Part shown: piece after piece, positions 25,533 to 37,638 of the stretch
Layout: each line of letters starts with the position of its first letter
Position numbering within the stretch: the stretch's first letter is position 1
Source: Psilocybe cubensis
Lineage: Eukaryota
Assembly (NCBI GenBank): GCA_017499595.2
Contig: CM039002.1
Coordinates: 1,240,001-1,304,000 of the forward strand
Reading direction: 5' to 3'
Length of the DNA stretch: 64,000 nucleotides
The notes under the pieces: model-generated
What the model was told of the DNA's origin: nothing
Seen by the model: only the letters and a program-made list of their open reading frames with translations
Database searches by the model: none
Translations under genes and position numbers: made by a program

Positions 25533-28500
25533 GATGGAGAACCTGGGAGGGTGGGTATCTTTTGAAAGGTGGTGAGGCGCTACGGAGACGAGAGGAGGAG
25601 AGGGAGAAGAAAGAGAGTCTGTATACTGAGAGGACCTATAACGAGACCAGCGCTAGGGAGCGTTCGTATACAGCGGGAAGGAGAGGTAGGGATCGTTGGG
25701 AAGGAGGGTATCGATATGAGGGACAGGGACGGAAGCAAGCAACTGACCATTCTCAGTCTCAGATCCATACAATTGATCACCTCGGCAGACTCCTCCAACT
25801 GCACAGCCACAACCTTGCCTTTTTTTTGTTTGTTGCAATGATCGAGAGCCATGTATGATCACTCTGTCGTCCTCTCTGGCACGCACAGCTTCAAGCTTCA
25901 CCGCCAGACTCGGTATGCATGCCTCTCATAATTACTCGCCCACATGCGGGATGGCTCTCGCATTCCGTACACGAGGCTTTATCAGCCTCTACGATGAGGC
26001 TATCCCTTCATTGATTTTCAACCACATTCTCGCCTCATCTCTGGTCGCAGCTCGCCTTTTTCGACCACTGTCCCAGCTTCTCGGGACTAGAGCTTATTTC
26101 GCGGCGTCGTGTCCTGCTTATTTCCCAATATTCCTGACAGAAGGCTATTGATACCAGACTTATGCTTCAGGGTGTTCAGAGCATTCTACTGGCAAAGGCA
26201 TGCATTTCATACTTGGACTCTGCATGTCCATATTCTGCCCCTGCTTTCTCTTTCGTGTATACTACCGACTGGGGCCAGGCTTTCCGACGTCCAAACTCAG
26301 AACTTTATTCACCATTTGGGAGTCAAATTCGGGTCCACAGCGAACACATGTCCAAGCGCGTAGTTCTGGTTGTGATAGCGTATCTCTTTTCTCATAAACA
26401 AACGTTCTACTTTCAGGATTTCAGTTCCCGTAATGCTCTCGGTGAATTTCCATATCGTTCGTATCAAATTGTGGTGACAGTTGCACTTATCATTTACTGC
26501 AAAAGAATATGGAATCGATTCTAGAGCAGAAAATAGATATTCAAATAATATCGAAACCATACACACATCAAGCTGTTAAGCTTTCTGCAATTGCTAACAA
26601 TTGTTGAAGCGACACCGCGGCCTGAGGAATGAAGCACCAGATATCGATCGGCAACGTTTTGAAAAATCTGGCAACCAGTAACAACCAATCGCGTCCGGGG
26701 ATGAGAAAGGTTAAAGTGAAGCAAAATGCGACATCACCGTCGGTTAACAACGGTGTCGTCGAGCAAATAGGTTAAACCTGCCCTATATTCGGACATTCCG
26801 GACACCCCTAACGAATAATACCCGACGCACCTTTCTCATCCTCCAATTACACCCACGAAAAATAAACGAGTTCATATAGCGACCCACTCTTTTGACGAAT
26901 CTGCTGCCCGGTGAAAAACCCTTTTGGGCTCCCGGCGGAGATGCCGGTTTGATTTTTATTACCTCTTCACCGCCCAGCTCGAAATAGAGAGCACAGAAAT
27001 CATTATAGAACAGGATCAATGGTGAGCCATTGCTCAGGAGCCACGAACAAGAGGCTAGATCTTACGAAACAAATCCCTACACCTTCGGAATACATCAGCA
27101 ACAGACTGGCTATCTCAAACTCGGTCAAAAATGATATGTAGCTAAAGATAATTCACCACGGGGTATCTTTGAGATGGAAGTGGAAATTGGAGAAACCTTG
27201 ACAAAGCCTTGAATGTGAACAAATCCGATTCCTCTCCCATGAAATCTGGGGTTTTTTGAAATGCTGGAAATGAAATGAACATGGCGCCACCTAGAGGTTT
27301 TAAACACCCAATATGATGGCAACGTATTATATTTATATTTTTACAGTCAACTTTAAGAGAATACCCACACACAAAATGCACAAAATTGGTAGATCATCCC
27401 GATGTTCACCCGCTTCGTTCGGTCCTAGATAAACGGACGGGGGGCATATGTACGCATGTGTAGAGCATTGTCTTCACACACCTCAGCCACCAGCTGCTGC
27501 ACACCTTCCTAGCCTCAGACGGACTCTGATGGAGCCAGGGTCATTGGATTCGAAAGTAAGCACCGACGTCACCTCTTGCCAATCAAGCTCGGTGCTACTG
27601 CCATTACGATGATACTGTTATGGTGCTAGTTTTGACATATTGTTATCCAATCAAGGCGACGAACGCCCGATGTACATGCACTGGAGTGGCACCTGTCTCA
27701 AATTCCCAGGCACCCTGCCAGTATATGTTATATACACCCGTAAGCAAGGCCAACTGAATGCGGTGCCCATTTTTGTTACACAAAGTCTCCGTGTCCGCAT
27801 GTCCATGTGGTAAGATGGCAAGCGATAAATCCCCCCGCTGATGCGCCCGCCGCCTGACTAACTGTGCACTCTGGGGCGTTAGCAGATACTGTGTATCTTT
27901 CCCCCGTATCTCTGCAGAAAAAGTAAGTCGAGACAGCAAAGGATAGCCGACATCTATCAATTACGTTCATCAAAGACGACAATCATACAAGCGAATAACG
28001 AAAGATCTCCTTCGCGGTGGTTGTTAAGGCGCCTGTTTAAAATAGGCGCCCGTGACCGTTTGCGGTGCGAAAAAGGGATTAGCTTCATCAGCACGCGTCT
28101 GGTGAGTTCATGTGCATCATAGATGATGTGTTTCGGGTCTTGTCTTGTGCTGTTGCTGTGGTGAAGTAGCAGCCTCGTGTACGGAATCCGTTGAACAGTT
28201 TTGAGAACAATGCATACAAGTTATTCCGAGGCCAAGCGTACACATGTCTGTCCTCTTATTAAAGCTCGCTGACTTTGAAAGGCACGCGAACCATTCCTTT
28301 TGAAGACGAGTCTAAGATTTGTTGTACAACTTGGGCACTGTAAGGGTACTAGTATGAACACCATTATGTTCCATCTTGGGAATCTGGCGAACTATCATCT
28401 ATGTCGAAAGATATCAATACCGAGATATATTACTCGAAAAGGCTTCTTCTTAATTATCCAGATATTCGAGTTCCCATTACCTCGGGATTCGGAGGATATT

Positions 28501-29561
28501 GTCGTCCGGCTTTTAAACAGTGACTTTGAGGTTTAGCTAGACATCCAAAAGTTGCAGGGGAGTTTGATGTACGTCAACGTACGATGACCGTATCGTACCC
28601 TTCATCATATTGCTAATAGCCCCCCTTGGAAATTCACATGCTCCCCTTTGCTCACCACTCGCTCCGCAAAACGATATACCAGCCAATAGATCTAGATTGA
28701 GGGTCATTTATTTTGTTTGTCACTTCCCGCGACGCTTTGCCCATTTGGAGGCAAAAGGATCCGAATTAATGAACAAAGGCAATGTCGAGAATATATATAT
28801 ATAGGTGTCTGTAACAGTGTATAATTTTTAGTTTCCCGAAGTGGACCTCTGGCAGGGACCATCGACCTGATCTAGAGCGCTCGCCGACATCCAGGGTCCG
28901 CGCTCATCACCTTTTATGTCTTGTAAAATCCCTGATAATTAATGGTAAAATTAAAATATTTATCTCCAATGTCGTTTCGAGCTGATAGTTGGGCAGGTGC
29001 ACTCCATGGAATCAGTGAACTAAATTTATTGGTTTAAGCTATCAAGTAGGGTAGGAACCGATAGAGCAATCCCCTGCTAGAAAGCCTTTGGGATTAAAGT
29101 GGCTCCTTTGGATCTGCCGTACTGCGAAGGGTTTGGGGCAGGAAACCTTTCATGTAACCGGATGATCGGCGGCACAATTGGTTTTCAAGGAACTTCCCAG
29201 CCCACGTTGAATTCGAACTCTTGAGTCTTTACTCTGTGCGTGTCCCTGGTGAATTGTATTTCCAAGGCTTTCACACATTACCTCATACTACCGTCAACCC
29301 TTCGAAGATGTTGCTGTAACATGTCCATTCCGGTCCTTACTTTCTTGGCTGTACCTATCTATACTTTAGATACTGAAATCTCACGCTTTAGATTGCCAGC
29401 CTTGGATGGCTCCTTTTCGGAATGGGATATCAAGATGTAAGAAAATATATTAGTTTACCAATAGATACAGTGCTTGAGGAGATGCCAGTCTGATCACAGA
29501 CTGCACGAAATAGGTAAGAAAGCGTGTACAGTTCCCAATAAGATGGTACGTGTGTGAAACT

Positions 29562-30365
29562 TTAGCAAGGGCGGACGTGGTCAAGGTTATTTGGGAAGTT
29601 GTCTTCCCGCCCGCGACCCGAACAGACATACCTCACCCTAACAAAAGCGCCTGTTACCTGAGTAAGCTTGTCAGAGCCAGTCACTGACACTACAGTGCCA
29701 AAAGACATAGCACTCACTGCCTGTACAGCGCCGAGCATAGCAACAACAGTTCCAACTAACCAACCGTAGCCTTCGATGTTGACCTGGACCCGTTGGTTCT
29801 ATTATCATAAAAATCACATTGAGCGCAGTCGCTAGACAGATCCAATTCGGATGACATACAGTTAAAAAAGTCCTCCACTAAAGAAGGTATTCATCAGTAA
29901 AGATTATGAACCGACTTGAAGAAAAAAGCTCACATGGGAAATCAAAGGACCTGTTGCCGACGAATGAGACGTGGTAGGAGGTGGGTAGTAACCTCCAGAA
30001 GGATATCCTTGGGGTATAGCCATGCCGTGGGAACCACCGTGATAAGGATGTTGGGCTCCGGGGTAGGCATTGGAATCAACGGGGTAATGGGGAGAACCAT
30101 TGTGTTGATGAGAGCCATCCGGATAGCGGGGTGCAGCATTTGGGTAGCCGTATTGCGTGTAGTCGGGATTGGAGGAGTCCCGGACACGTCGTGCGTCTAG
30201 ACGTTGTTCATTTCTAATGACAGCTGAGAAGACAATGAACATCCGTCAAAAAAGCGTATGGGGAAACATACAAGCAGAACAATCTGCTCGGTATACAACA
30301 TCACCCGTAGCAAGGGAAGCAACGGAGAGGAGGGCGTTCTGGTAGCAGATAAGTTCCTTCGACAT
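29562..30365 (-). CDS. Small orphan protein: Tyr/Pro/Gly/His-rich middle and a C-terminal Tudor/SH3-like beta domain, 5 exons
   Basis: ATG at 30365 with TATATAAA ~60 bp upstream. GT-AG splicing keeps the frame through to ...WRTFLT|NQRVQVNIEGYGWLVGTVVAMLGAVQA|VTGAFVRVRYVCSGRGREDNFPNNLDHVRPC*. Confidence 0.65.
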
Positions 30366-31291
30366 TGTAATAACTGTGTGGAGGAGACAAGGGAAGTAGA
30401 GTTTTAGTTAATATGTACGTCGGTTTATATACACTCAAAATTGCGGAGCCGTCTAGATTGAAATTACCTTTCTACGGCCTGTTTTTTACGTGAGAGCCAA
30501 AACTCTTGTATATTATATCGTATTCGTGCGCGTGACAGGATGTGTCCGAGATAACCTGGTTTGCATATCTATGGCATATTTCAGATCTGGTATTTTTAAA
30601 AGCCAAAAGGGGGCACCATTACCACAAATTACGAGATGGCTCCCGAACGAAATGTATAAGCTTTTTTAAGTCCTTCTATGTCGGGATGTGGAATTGCAGT
30701 GACACACAAGCTGCGATGTTCCCTGTATATTCGCAGCAAGCCGTCCGGAAAGATGCGTGTGATCAATTTATGAGTTGGCCTGTTCTAGTTGGGTGCAACA
30801 ACAAATTGGCCAGGATGCGATAAAAAGCCAGGGTTGTCATTTCCACTTCAGGACATGACACTAACCCAGATGCATGGTTATAAGATTGCACGGTATAAGA
30901 ACGTTGCTTCTACAGAGCTCCAAGTTGTACCATTGCCGGTCTCGATCATTGATTGGTCCAGTAGGCCGTGTTATGGGTACCATTCGGCAAGATTGGGCAC
31001 AGCATAACGAAATTAAATCCTAGCAGAGCGAGCGGAGATATAGAAAGCATGGCAAGGAACAATTCCACAAGTTGGGTATAATAGTGCTTTCACGGAGCGC
31101 ACCATCCAACAAGGTTGATTCCGAGGAAGGAAGTACAAGTTCCAGCTACCATTTCTCCGCAATTCCGGTTACCATATTCCAGAAAGCCCTGAGAGGAGTA
31201 ATTGTAGTGCATGATAATATCTAGTCTCAGCGCAAAGGGGCGGCCAATGATGTGAAACGGAGATAAATCCTAATTGTGGTTGCTGGCAAGG

Positions 31292-31887
31292 TAAGATTGG
31301 GCTCATCAGGAACCAGCACCCCCTTAGGTAAGCAAAAGTTGGCTTACCTCCGAACCTTTTCAACCCTTCTGCACTCACACTATTCTACATTTTTGAACCA
31401 CAGATATGTAGGTTATGCTTCTTTGAACACATCTGTGGTTTTTTTTTTCAAAAAAATTTTGATCTCAAGAAGTTATAAAGATTTTAATTTTTTTCCTTTT
31501 TTTTTAGTCTAACACGTCAGAAATGGTGTTTTCTCGAGTTTGGGAGATTTTCGAAAATTTGACAATGTTCTTTTGGCCGCTTATATAATGGTACACGTGA
31601 CCACACGTGACAATAAGTCACGCCTAAGTAATACCTCTCAGACTCATTATGGACTTCCAGAGACTACAATTTGACCTCTGAGGTGTAATTCTATTATTGT
31701 GGGCATAAAGGCTAGTAGTAAGGATTGTATATGCACATTTATGAATTTTTTTTTTTTAAACTTTTTGTCTGAAACCATTTTCCGTCAACATAACTTTTGA
31801 TTTTTTTTTCGAGCTGGATTTTGGCCGCTCTTGGCGCCAAGCCCATTGATTACGTAAGGGTGCTGGTTTCTGATGAGCCCAATCTTA
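31292..31887. mobile_element. MITE-like non-autonomous DNA transposon with ~38-40 bp imperfect terminal inverted repeats
   Basis: Left end 31292-31331: TAAGATTGGGCTCATCAGGAACCAGCACCCCCTTAGGTAA. Reverse complement of right end 31850-31887: TAAGATTGGGCTCATCAGAAACCAGCACCCTTACGTAA (2 mismatches, 2-nt indel). AT-rich non-coding interior with poly-T runs; TA at both ends. Confidence 0.75.
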
Positions 31888-32023
31888 TGAGCCTGGTGAG
31901 GTTAGAATCTTTGGACAGTCACATGATTGCTGATTAGATTGGGCTGACTGACGCGTTTGTTTTCTGTCTTGTTTTTGTACAGCCCTTTCACTGCACCTTA
32001 GGTCCGCGTTCGACCACATTACA

Positions 32024-35000
32024 ATGGCTAATTTACTGTCAATACCATTCAAAAAAGCTTATCCAATCGAAATCAAACAGGCTACCAGAGCATATTTATC
32101 AAACCAGGGAGGCGCCCACCCAGACCAATTCAAGGAAGATATCAAATCATGGCAAGATCTCAGAAGGGATGGAGTAGGTGGCGTCGTGCATGAAAATCGG
32201 GTCGGGGATTCTCTCTTGTAAATCGTCTCGAACCCTTGTATATTCTGTCTCCGAACAAAAATTAACCAAATACACAGGTACCACGCACAGCTTATATCCA
32301 TTTTGACCAAGTTACCAACGGATGTAAGATAATCGTGCTTTGAAATCTGATCTTCTAGCGACTAATTGCCCCTTCGCAAGATGCAACTCGCAATTTCATA
32401 TGCTCCTGCTTTCACTCCATCCTCCATTCCGGTCACCTTGAATAATCTTGTTTTCGAACGCGCGTGCCTGTTATTCAACCTAGCTGCTCTTTATTCTCAG
32501 CTAGGCAGCGCCCAAGATCGATCAAACAATGACGGTATAAAGGGCGCTGCCGCGAATTACCAGGTACAGCTCCATGTATTAAATTTTGATTTATTCTTCT
32601 GAAGGATTCATTTTCTCAGCAAGCAGCCGGGACCTTACTCTACCTCCACTCCGTTGTCCTTCCAAAACTTACCTATTCTCCAAGCGATGAAGAAATCGCT
32701 CTTGACCTTTCCACTGATTTCGTAAAGGGCTTGGAGTGGCTTATGCTTGCTCAGGCACAAGAGTGTTCATGGCAAATGGCCAAACTCAGTAAGGTTATGA
32801 ATCTACTTGCAGTCACCAGAACTAATCCGCTCTAAGATCAGTACAAGAACTCGGTCATAGCAAAAATTGCATCTACGGTATAAAACTCCCCCTGCATACA
32901 CAGTAATTCAGTGACCAGATGTCTCTATTTATAGGCTGCATCTTTATATCGTTCTGCATCGTCTGCATTCCGAAATGCACCATCTGAAATCAGAGCGCTG
33001 CTTCCTTCAGTAAATCAGTTCAATAAGAACCTCAGACCGCTGATTTGACTTTTTCTTCGAAAGGACTGGATACCTCATATCGAGACCAAAGAGCACCATT
33101 TCTCATCTGTCGCGGAATACAGGGAAAGCCTCGTTGAATATGAAGCTCGTAGGTCCGAATGTCTTTTTGGTTTTGGCCCCCATCGATAACTCAGAGTAAT
33201 TGTTCTAGATATGGAAATGAACTAGGGCGATTGGCGAAAGCTCATATCGAAGCCAAACAAGCTTACGATGTTGGTCGACGTGGGAAGGTTGCATCGACAG
33301 TCCTTCAAGATGCACAGGTTCGTCTTCTGGATACACGATAACTATTCACCTGAAAAAAAATTTCAGTCTCTTCTAGAAACTGTTAAGAAGAGTGAAGCCC
33401 GAGCCCAACGCGACAATGATCTCATTTATCACCAAGATGTCCCATCTCCATCTGCACTTCCACCAATCCAGGAAGCCAAACTTGTAAATTCTACTATCCC
33501 TAAAGGACTTCAAAATCCAAGTGGTATTCTTGGCACGCGACATCAACTGTTCAGTAACCTTGCAGGATGGGGTTCCCGCGAGGCGATCAGTAAGTGTTGG
33601 CAAACTGTGCCATTGATACAGGCGCTTAGCGTTACTTTAACAGGTATATACAAAGACAGAAAACAAAATCTTATAAAGGATCAAATATTCGACGTGGCAC
33701 AGGAACTTCAAGATCAGATTGATGAGTATGTGCACCACATTTCTTCCGTTTTTCATTCTTCACATCCCAGCATCAGAGAGCTTCGGAGATTAAACCTTCC
33801 ATCAGCTTTGGAAGCCCTTGAGCGACCAATTGGGCTTCCCCCAAGTCTCCTTCGGAAGGCAGAAGAAGTGAGATTAGAAGATGGGCCAGCAAAGATAGAG
33901 GCATCTATTGAAGACGTTCAAAGACTCGCACGTCAAGATTTGGCTATTCTCGAAGAGGTAAAACAACGACGATGTTTTCCAGGTCGGACACTTTTCTAAT
34001 CACAAGTATGCCAGGCGCTGGATATTTTAGACACTGAGGCTTCCGAAGATGAAGCCGCCAGAAAAGAGGTCCCACTGAACCGCTTGAAGTCATACGAGGC
34101 GAATGTTGAACTTATAGAAAAGTCGAAGAGATATAGAAGCATTCTAACTCAAGCTGCGGAGAGCGATGAAACCGTCCGGCAGAAATGGGATGAATGGGAG
34201 GAAAACATATGTGAATTGACGCTTGACGAGGTGATTTATCTCATCATTCGCAAGTAGGCCCTACTCACTTCCGGGCAGGAAATTCTTGAAGCCGCTATTC
34301 CATCATCTACCATTTCTTCGGCTGCACAAACAACGCCACAAGGACAAGTAACTCGAACCCATGCCCGCGCTTTGCGTGTGAAGCTTGAAGAACTTGATAC
34401 ACTGCGTCAAGATCGAGATCAAATTCTGCATCGGGCGCAGACTCTGGCTGATGGTGATGATATTCAAGGACGTATAATGCAAGCCGCTGCTGGGTTTGAA
34501 CGTATGGCAGAGGTTACGCCGGATATGTTTGAGGATATTTTGGATGAAGAGCTTGCTAAATATGATCGATTTATTGTGGAGATGAAAGAAATTCGGAGGA
34601 AACAAGATGAAATGATCACGGAGATCAAGGTAACATCAATATTTCAAAAGCACTATAATAAACTCATATGATTACAGAATCTAAACACACAATTTCTAGA
34701 TTCGAGAAAAGATGACCCCAGTGTCAAAGAGCGCGAAATCGCTTTGCAATCCCTTGACATGGCCTATTCTAAATATAGAGAGATAACTCGGAACTTGGAG
34801 GAGGGATTCCAAGTGAGCATTGAAACTTTACACAGCGATTCATGAATCACTACTCAGGCTATTACAGTTCTACAATGATCTTGCTGCGATACTCATCCAA
34901 TTCAAAGAAGTGTGTAAAGCATGGTGTCACCATCGTAATCAGGAGATTCAGTCAGTCATGATTCATGATAATCCCCATTGTATATACCATCTCTGACTGC

Positions 35001-35249
35001 ATCTTGGATTCGCACAGTGCGTTCACGCGTGCGATGCAATCGATGTCCATAAAGGACGATAAACCCCCGGAAGAAGTATCCTCTGCGAAACCAAAACCAA
35101 CTCCAACTATGAAGAAAGCACCTGTGGTTCAAAATACCTCTACACGAAAGGCTCCCTTGGGGAAGTCTTCATTGGGTTTACCTGCTATCAATTCGAGTGA
35201 ATGGGACTTTGAGGAGCTCCCCCTTCCTCCTGGACCTGGAGAAAGGTAA
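32024..35249 (+). CDS. RIM20: PalA/Rim20 pH-response regulator (Bro1 + ALIX V domain), multi-exon
   Basis: FERACLLFNLAALYSQL, WLMLAQAQECSWQ, RAQRDNDLIYH, LNLPSALEALERPIGLPPSLL, EGFQFYNDL. The short C-terminal tail fits Rim20 better than Bro1. Confidence 0.85.
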
Positions 35250-35569
35250 GGGTTTCAGCCAACTAATATATACAATTAAACTATGTACTATACGGGCCAA
35301 ACTAAATGCATATAATCAAATAAAAACTACACACACCGAGTCGTCAATTGCTTTCAAATTGTTCGCTTTCATGTTTGCAACAGAGTGAAGGGCGTTATTT
35401 GCCGAAACTCTGGGGTTTTGATAGATAGATCAATTATCAGATCAATCACGTTCTGACCCACAAACTGCTCTATTATTATAGTTGTACACATTGATTATAC
35501 CCACAGCAACCTTTATTCCGTTGAGTATTGACTGTCCTTTTTGTTCATATATTATACTCTGACGCTAAT

Positions 35570-36334
35570 ATGTCACCTCGCCGAAGAAGTCACGACTCCT
35601 CTTCCTCTTCTTCCTCAAATTCATCGTCTAATTCGGACTCGTCGCACAAGAACTATAAGAAAATGGATATGCCTGGTGTTCCTCCCAGATTTCCTGAGGC
35701 TAATCGCGAGCACGCTGGCGCACCTCCTCCTTATGCTGGCAACCCTGCACCCCCACCCTCCGGATACAGACTTCCTCTAACAACATCTGCAGCTTTTCCA
35801 GATCACTATCAAACTGGACAGCCACCCTTTTACGACGCCGATGGGACATCTCCGATTTTCATTGGATCAGCCTTGTTTGAAAAATCAGTTCATCCATGCA
35901 AAATCGGACCTCATCTTCAACCGTTTGCTTCAGTACCCTATGGTGGAGGAGAGCACGGACACCATGGACGATACGATCTCCTTCCATTTAGGCCGGACCA
36001 AATGGAATTCGTGCATACCTCTCACGGCAGGATTCCTCCAGGAAGACGACCAGTCGAAGGAGGATACGAAGAGGGTGGTGAAAGACTTTATCATGCTGTT
36101 GGGATGGTTAATGGCGTGAAGGTTCCAGGAAAAGCTGGAGAACATCTGTACGTAAACGAGATATCTTGTATACGTTCCCTAGTAATACAAATTATCATGT
36201 AGGAATGGCTGCCGACTGGCGTTCGGTGGAGTTGAATACTCTTTGGAGGATAATTATGAGATATTGTAAGTTCTCGATATGATCGTATGCTATCACTGCC
36301 TTAGCCTTTTCTCTGTAGATGCTGGAAGTATTAA
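35570..36334 (+). CDS. DM9-repeat (DUF3421-like) protein, 3 exons
   Basis: IFIGSALFEKSVHPCKI, VPYGGGE, GRIPPGRRPVEGGYEEGGERLYHA, VPGKAGEHL, AFGGVE...YEIL are typical DM9 motifs. Ser-rich and Pro-rich N-terminus. Confidence 0.75.
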
Positions 36335-37638
36335 TTGTAACCATTAGCGACACCTCAAAGACACTGGAAACCAATTTCGTCGAACCTTTGCCACATCTCG
36401 AATTGTATTCTTGACGCAAAATTGAAGCGTTGTAGAGTTTTGCACTATTAATCTCCATTTTGAATTAGCCTTTTTCAGCATTCAGGTGCCTACACCACCC
36501 TCAAGGGAGAAAAAAAGGCAAGAGTGGCTTATCTGTCTTAGCAAATTCAACAACAGCCTTTTATTATCTCAATCCACCAGCATCGACTCTGATAGTTTGC
36601 TCAGCAACACTAACGCCTAATCAAGCTTCTCCAGCCTGCTCTCATATGGCGGTCGCCCCTATTCATGCCGATTTTTGCTTTAAACCTTGGGACAAAAATG
36701 AATCCAAACTAGAATATTAATTATTCAGCTATTTTGCGGCATAGATGATTCGCTCCTATGTCATCAGACTCATATCTACACACTAGACTCTAGTCTCGAG
36801 CTTGAATTTGACTTTCTTGGCACAGTCTTGGGTGCCACTACGTTGTGGCCATGCGCCTGTCGAGCAGGATACCTAAACTTAAACGCTTCTAAAAATAACT
36901 GATTTCAGGAGCACATGCTCTCTGGAACCGTTCATAAGTTCAAACCGTACGTGGATCAGCAAATCAGCCTAATATGGGTTTCTGCCTGCCTCTGTCTCTA
37001 ACAACCTCTACTAGGACACGGTTGAACATTCGGATTCGGTGTAAAATGATGTGATTCAAAAGTTGAGTTGACTCGGAAGCACGTTCGTAATGTTCGCGTG
37101 GGTTATTCTGGGTTATCCCAAGGTTAACCCAAGCGGGTTTGCTCTGAGATTCTGCGCATATACCATACTTGTCATCTCTTGACATCGGCAGCGTATATTT
37201 CACTTTGTCTTTCAGACCAACTTTGGAAGGACTGGCTCTGTTCTGCCGATTCTTGGGATAGCTCGAAAACCTTTTCACTACCGTCGTGTGACCGCTGAAG
37301 GCCACCAAACAGCGGAACGTATGCCGTCATCAATGTGTTTGAACGACTTATCTATCCTCCCTGATGGCGAGCTATATCGATACTACACGGACGATTCGGG
37401 GCTTGTACGGTCACTTTCATGTTCTGATTTTCGCTTGTGCACCATTATGCTATCCAGTATCAGCGCGACCACCATATTGTAGCCCCTGGATCGTGAAGTA
37501 CCATATCCAAAGCGAGCTTGCCAACCGAGTCATCAAAACGTGTGCCGTTCTCTATCGTGGCGGAACGGTAATACATCACATAAAAGCCAGACTATTACTT
37601 GCATATCGCATTCTCCTCACTATCCAGCATCCGCAAAC

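Noticed and set aside
25560-29500. Numerous short ORFs in the ~4-kb gene-poor stretch upstream of gap1
   Set aside because: No recognisable domains, coding bias or consistent splice chain, and no transposase or RT motifs or terminal repeats seen.
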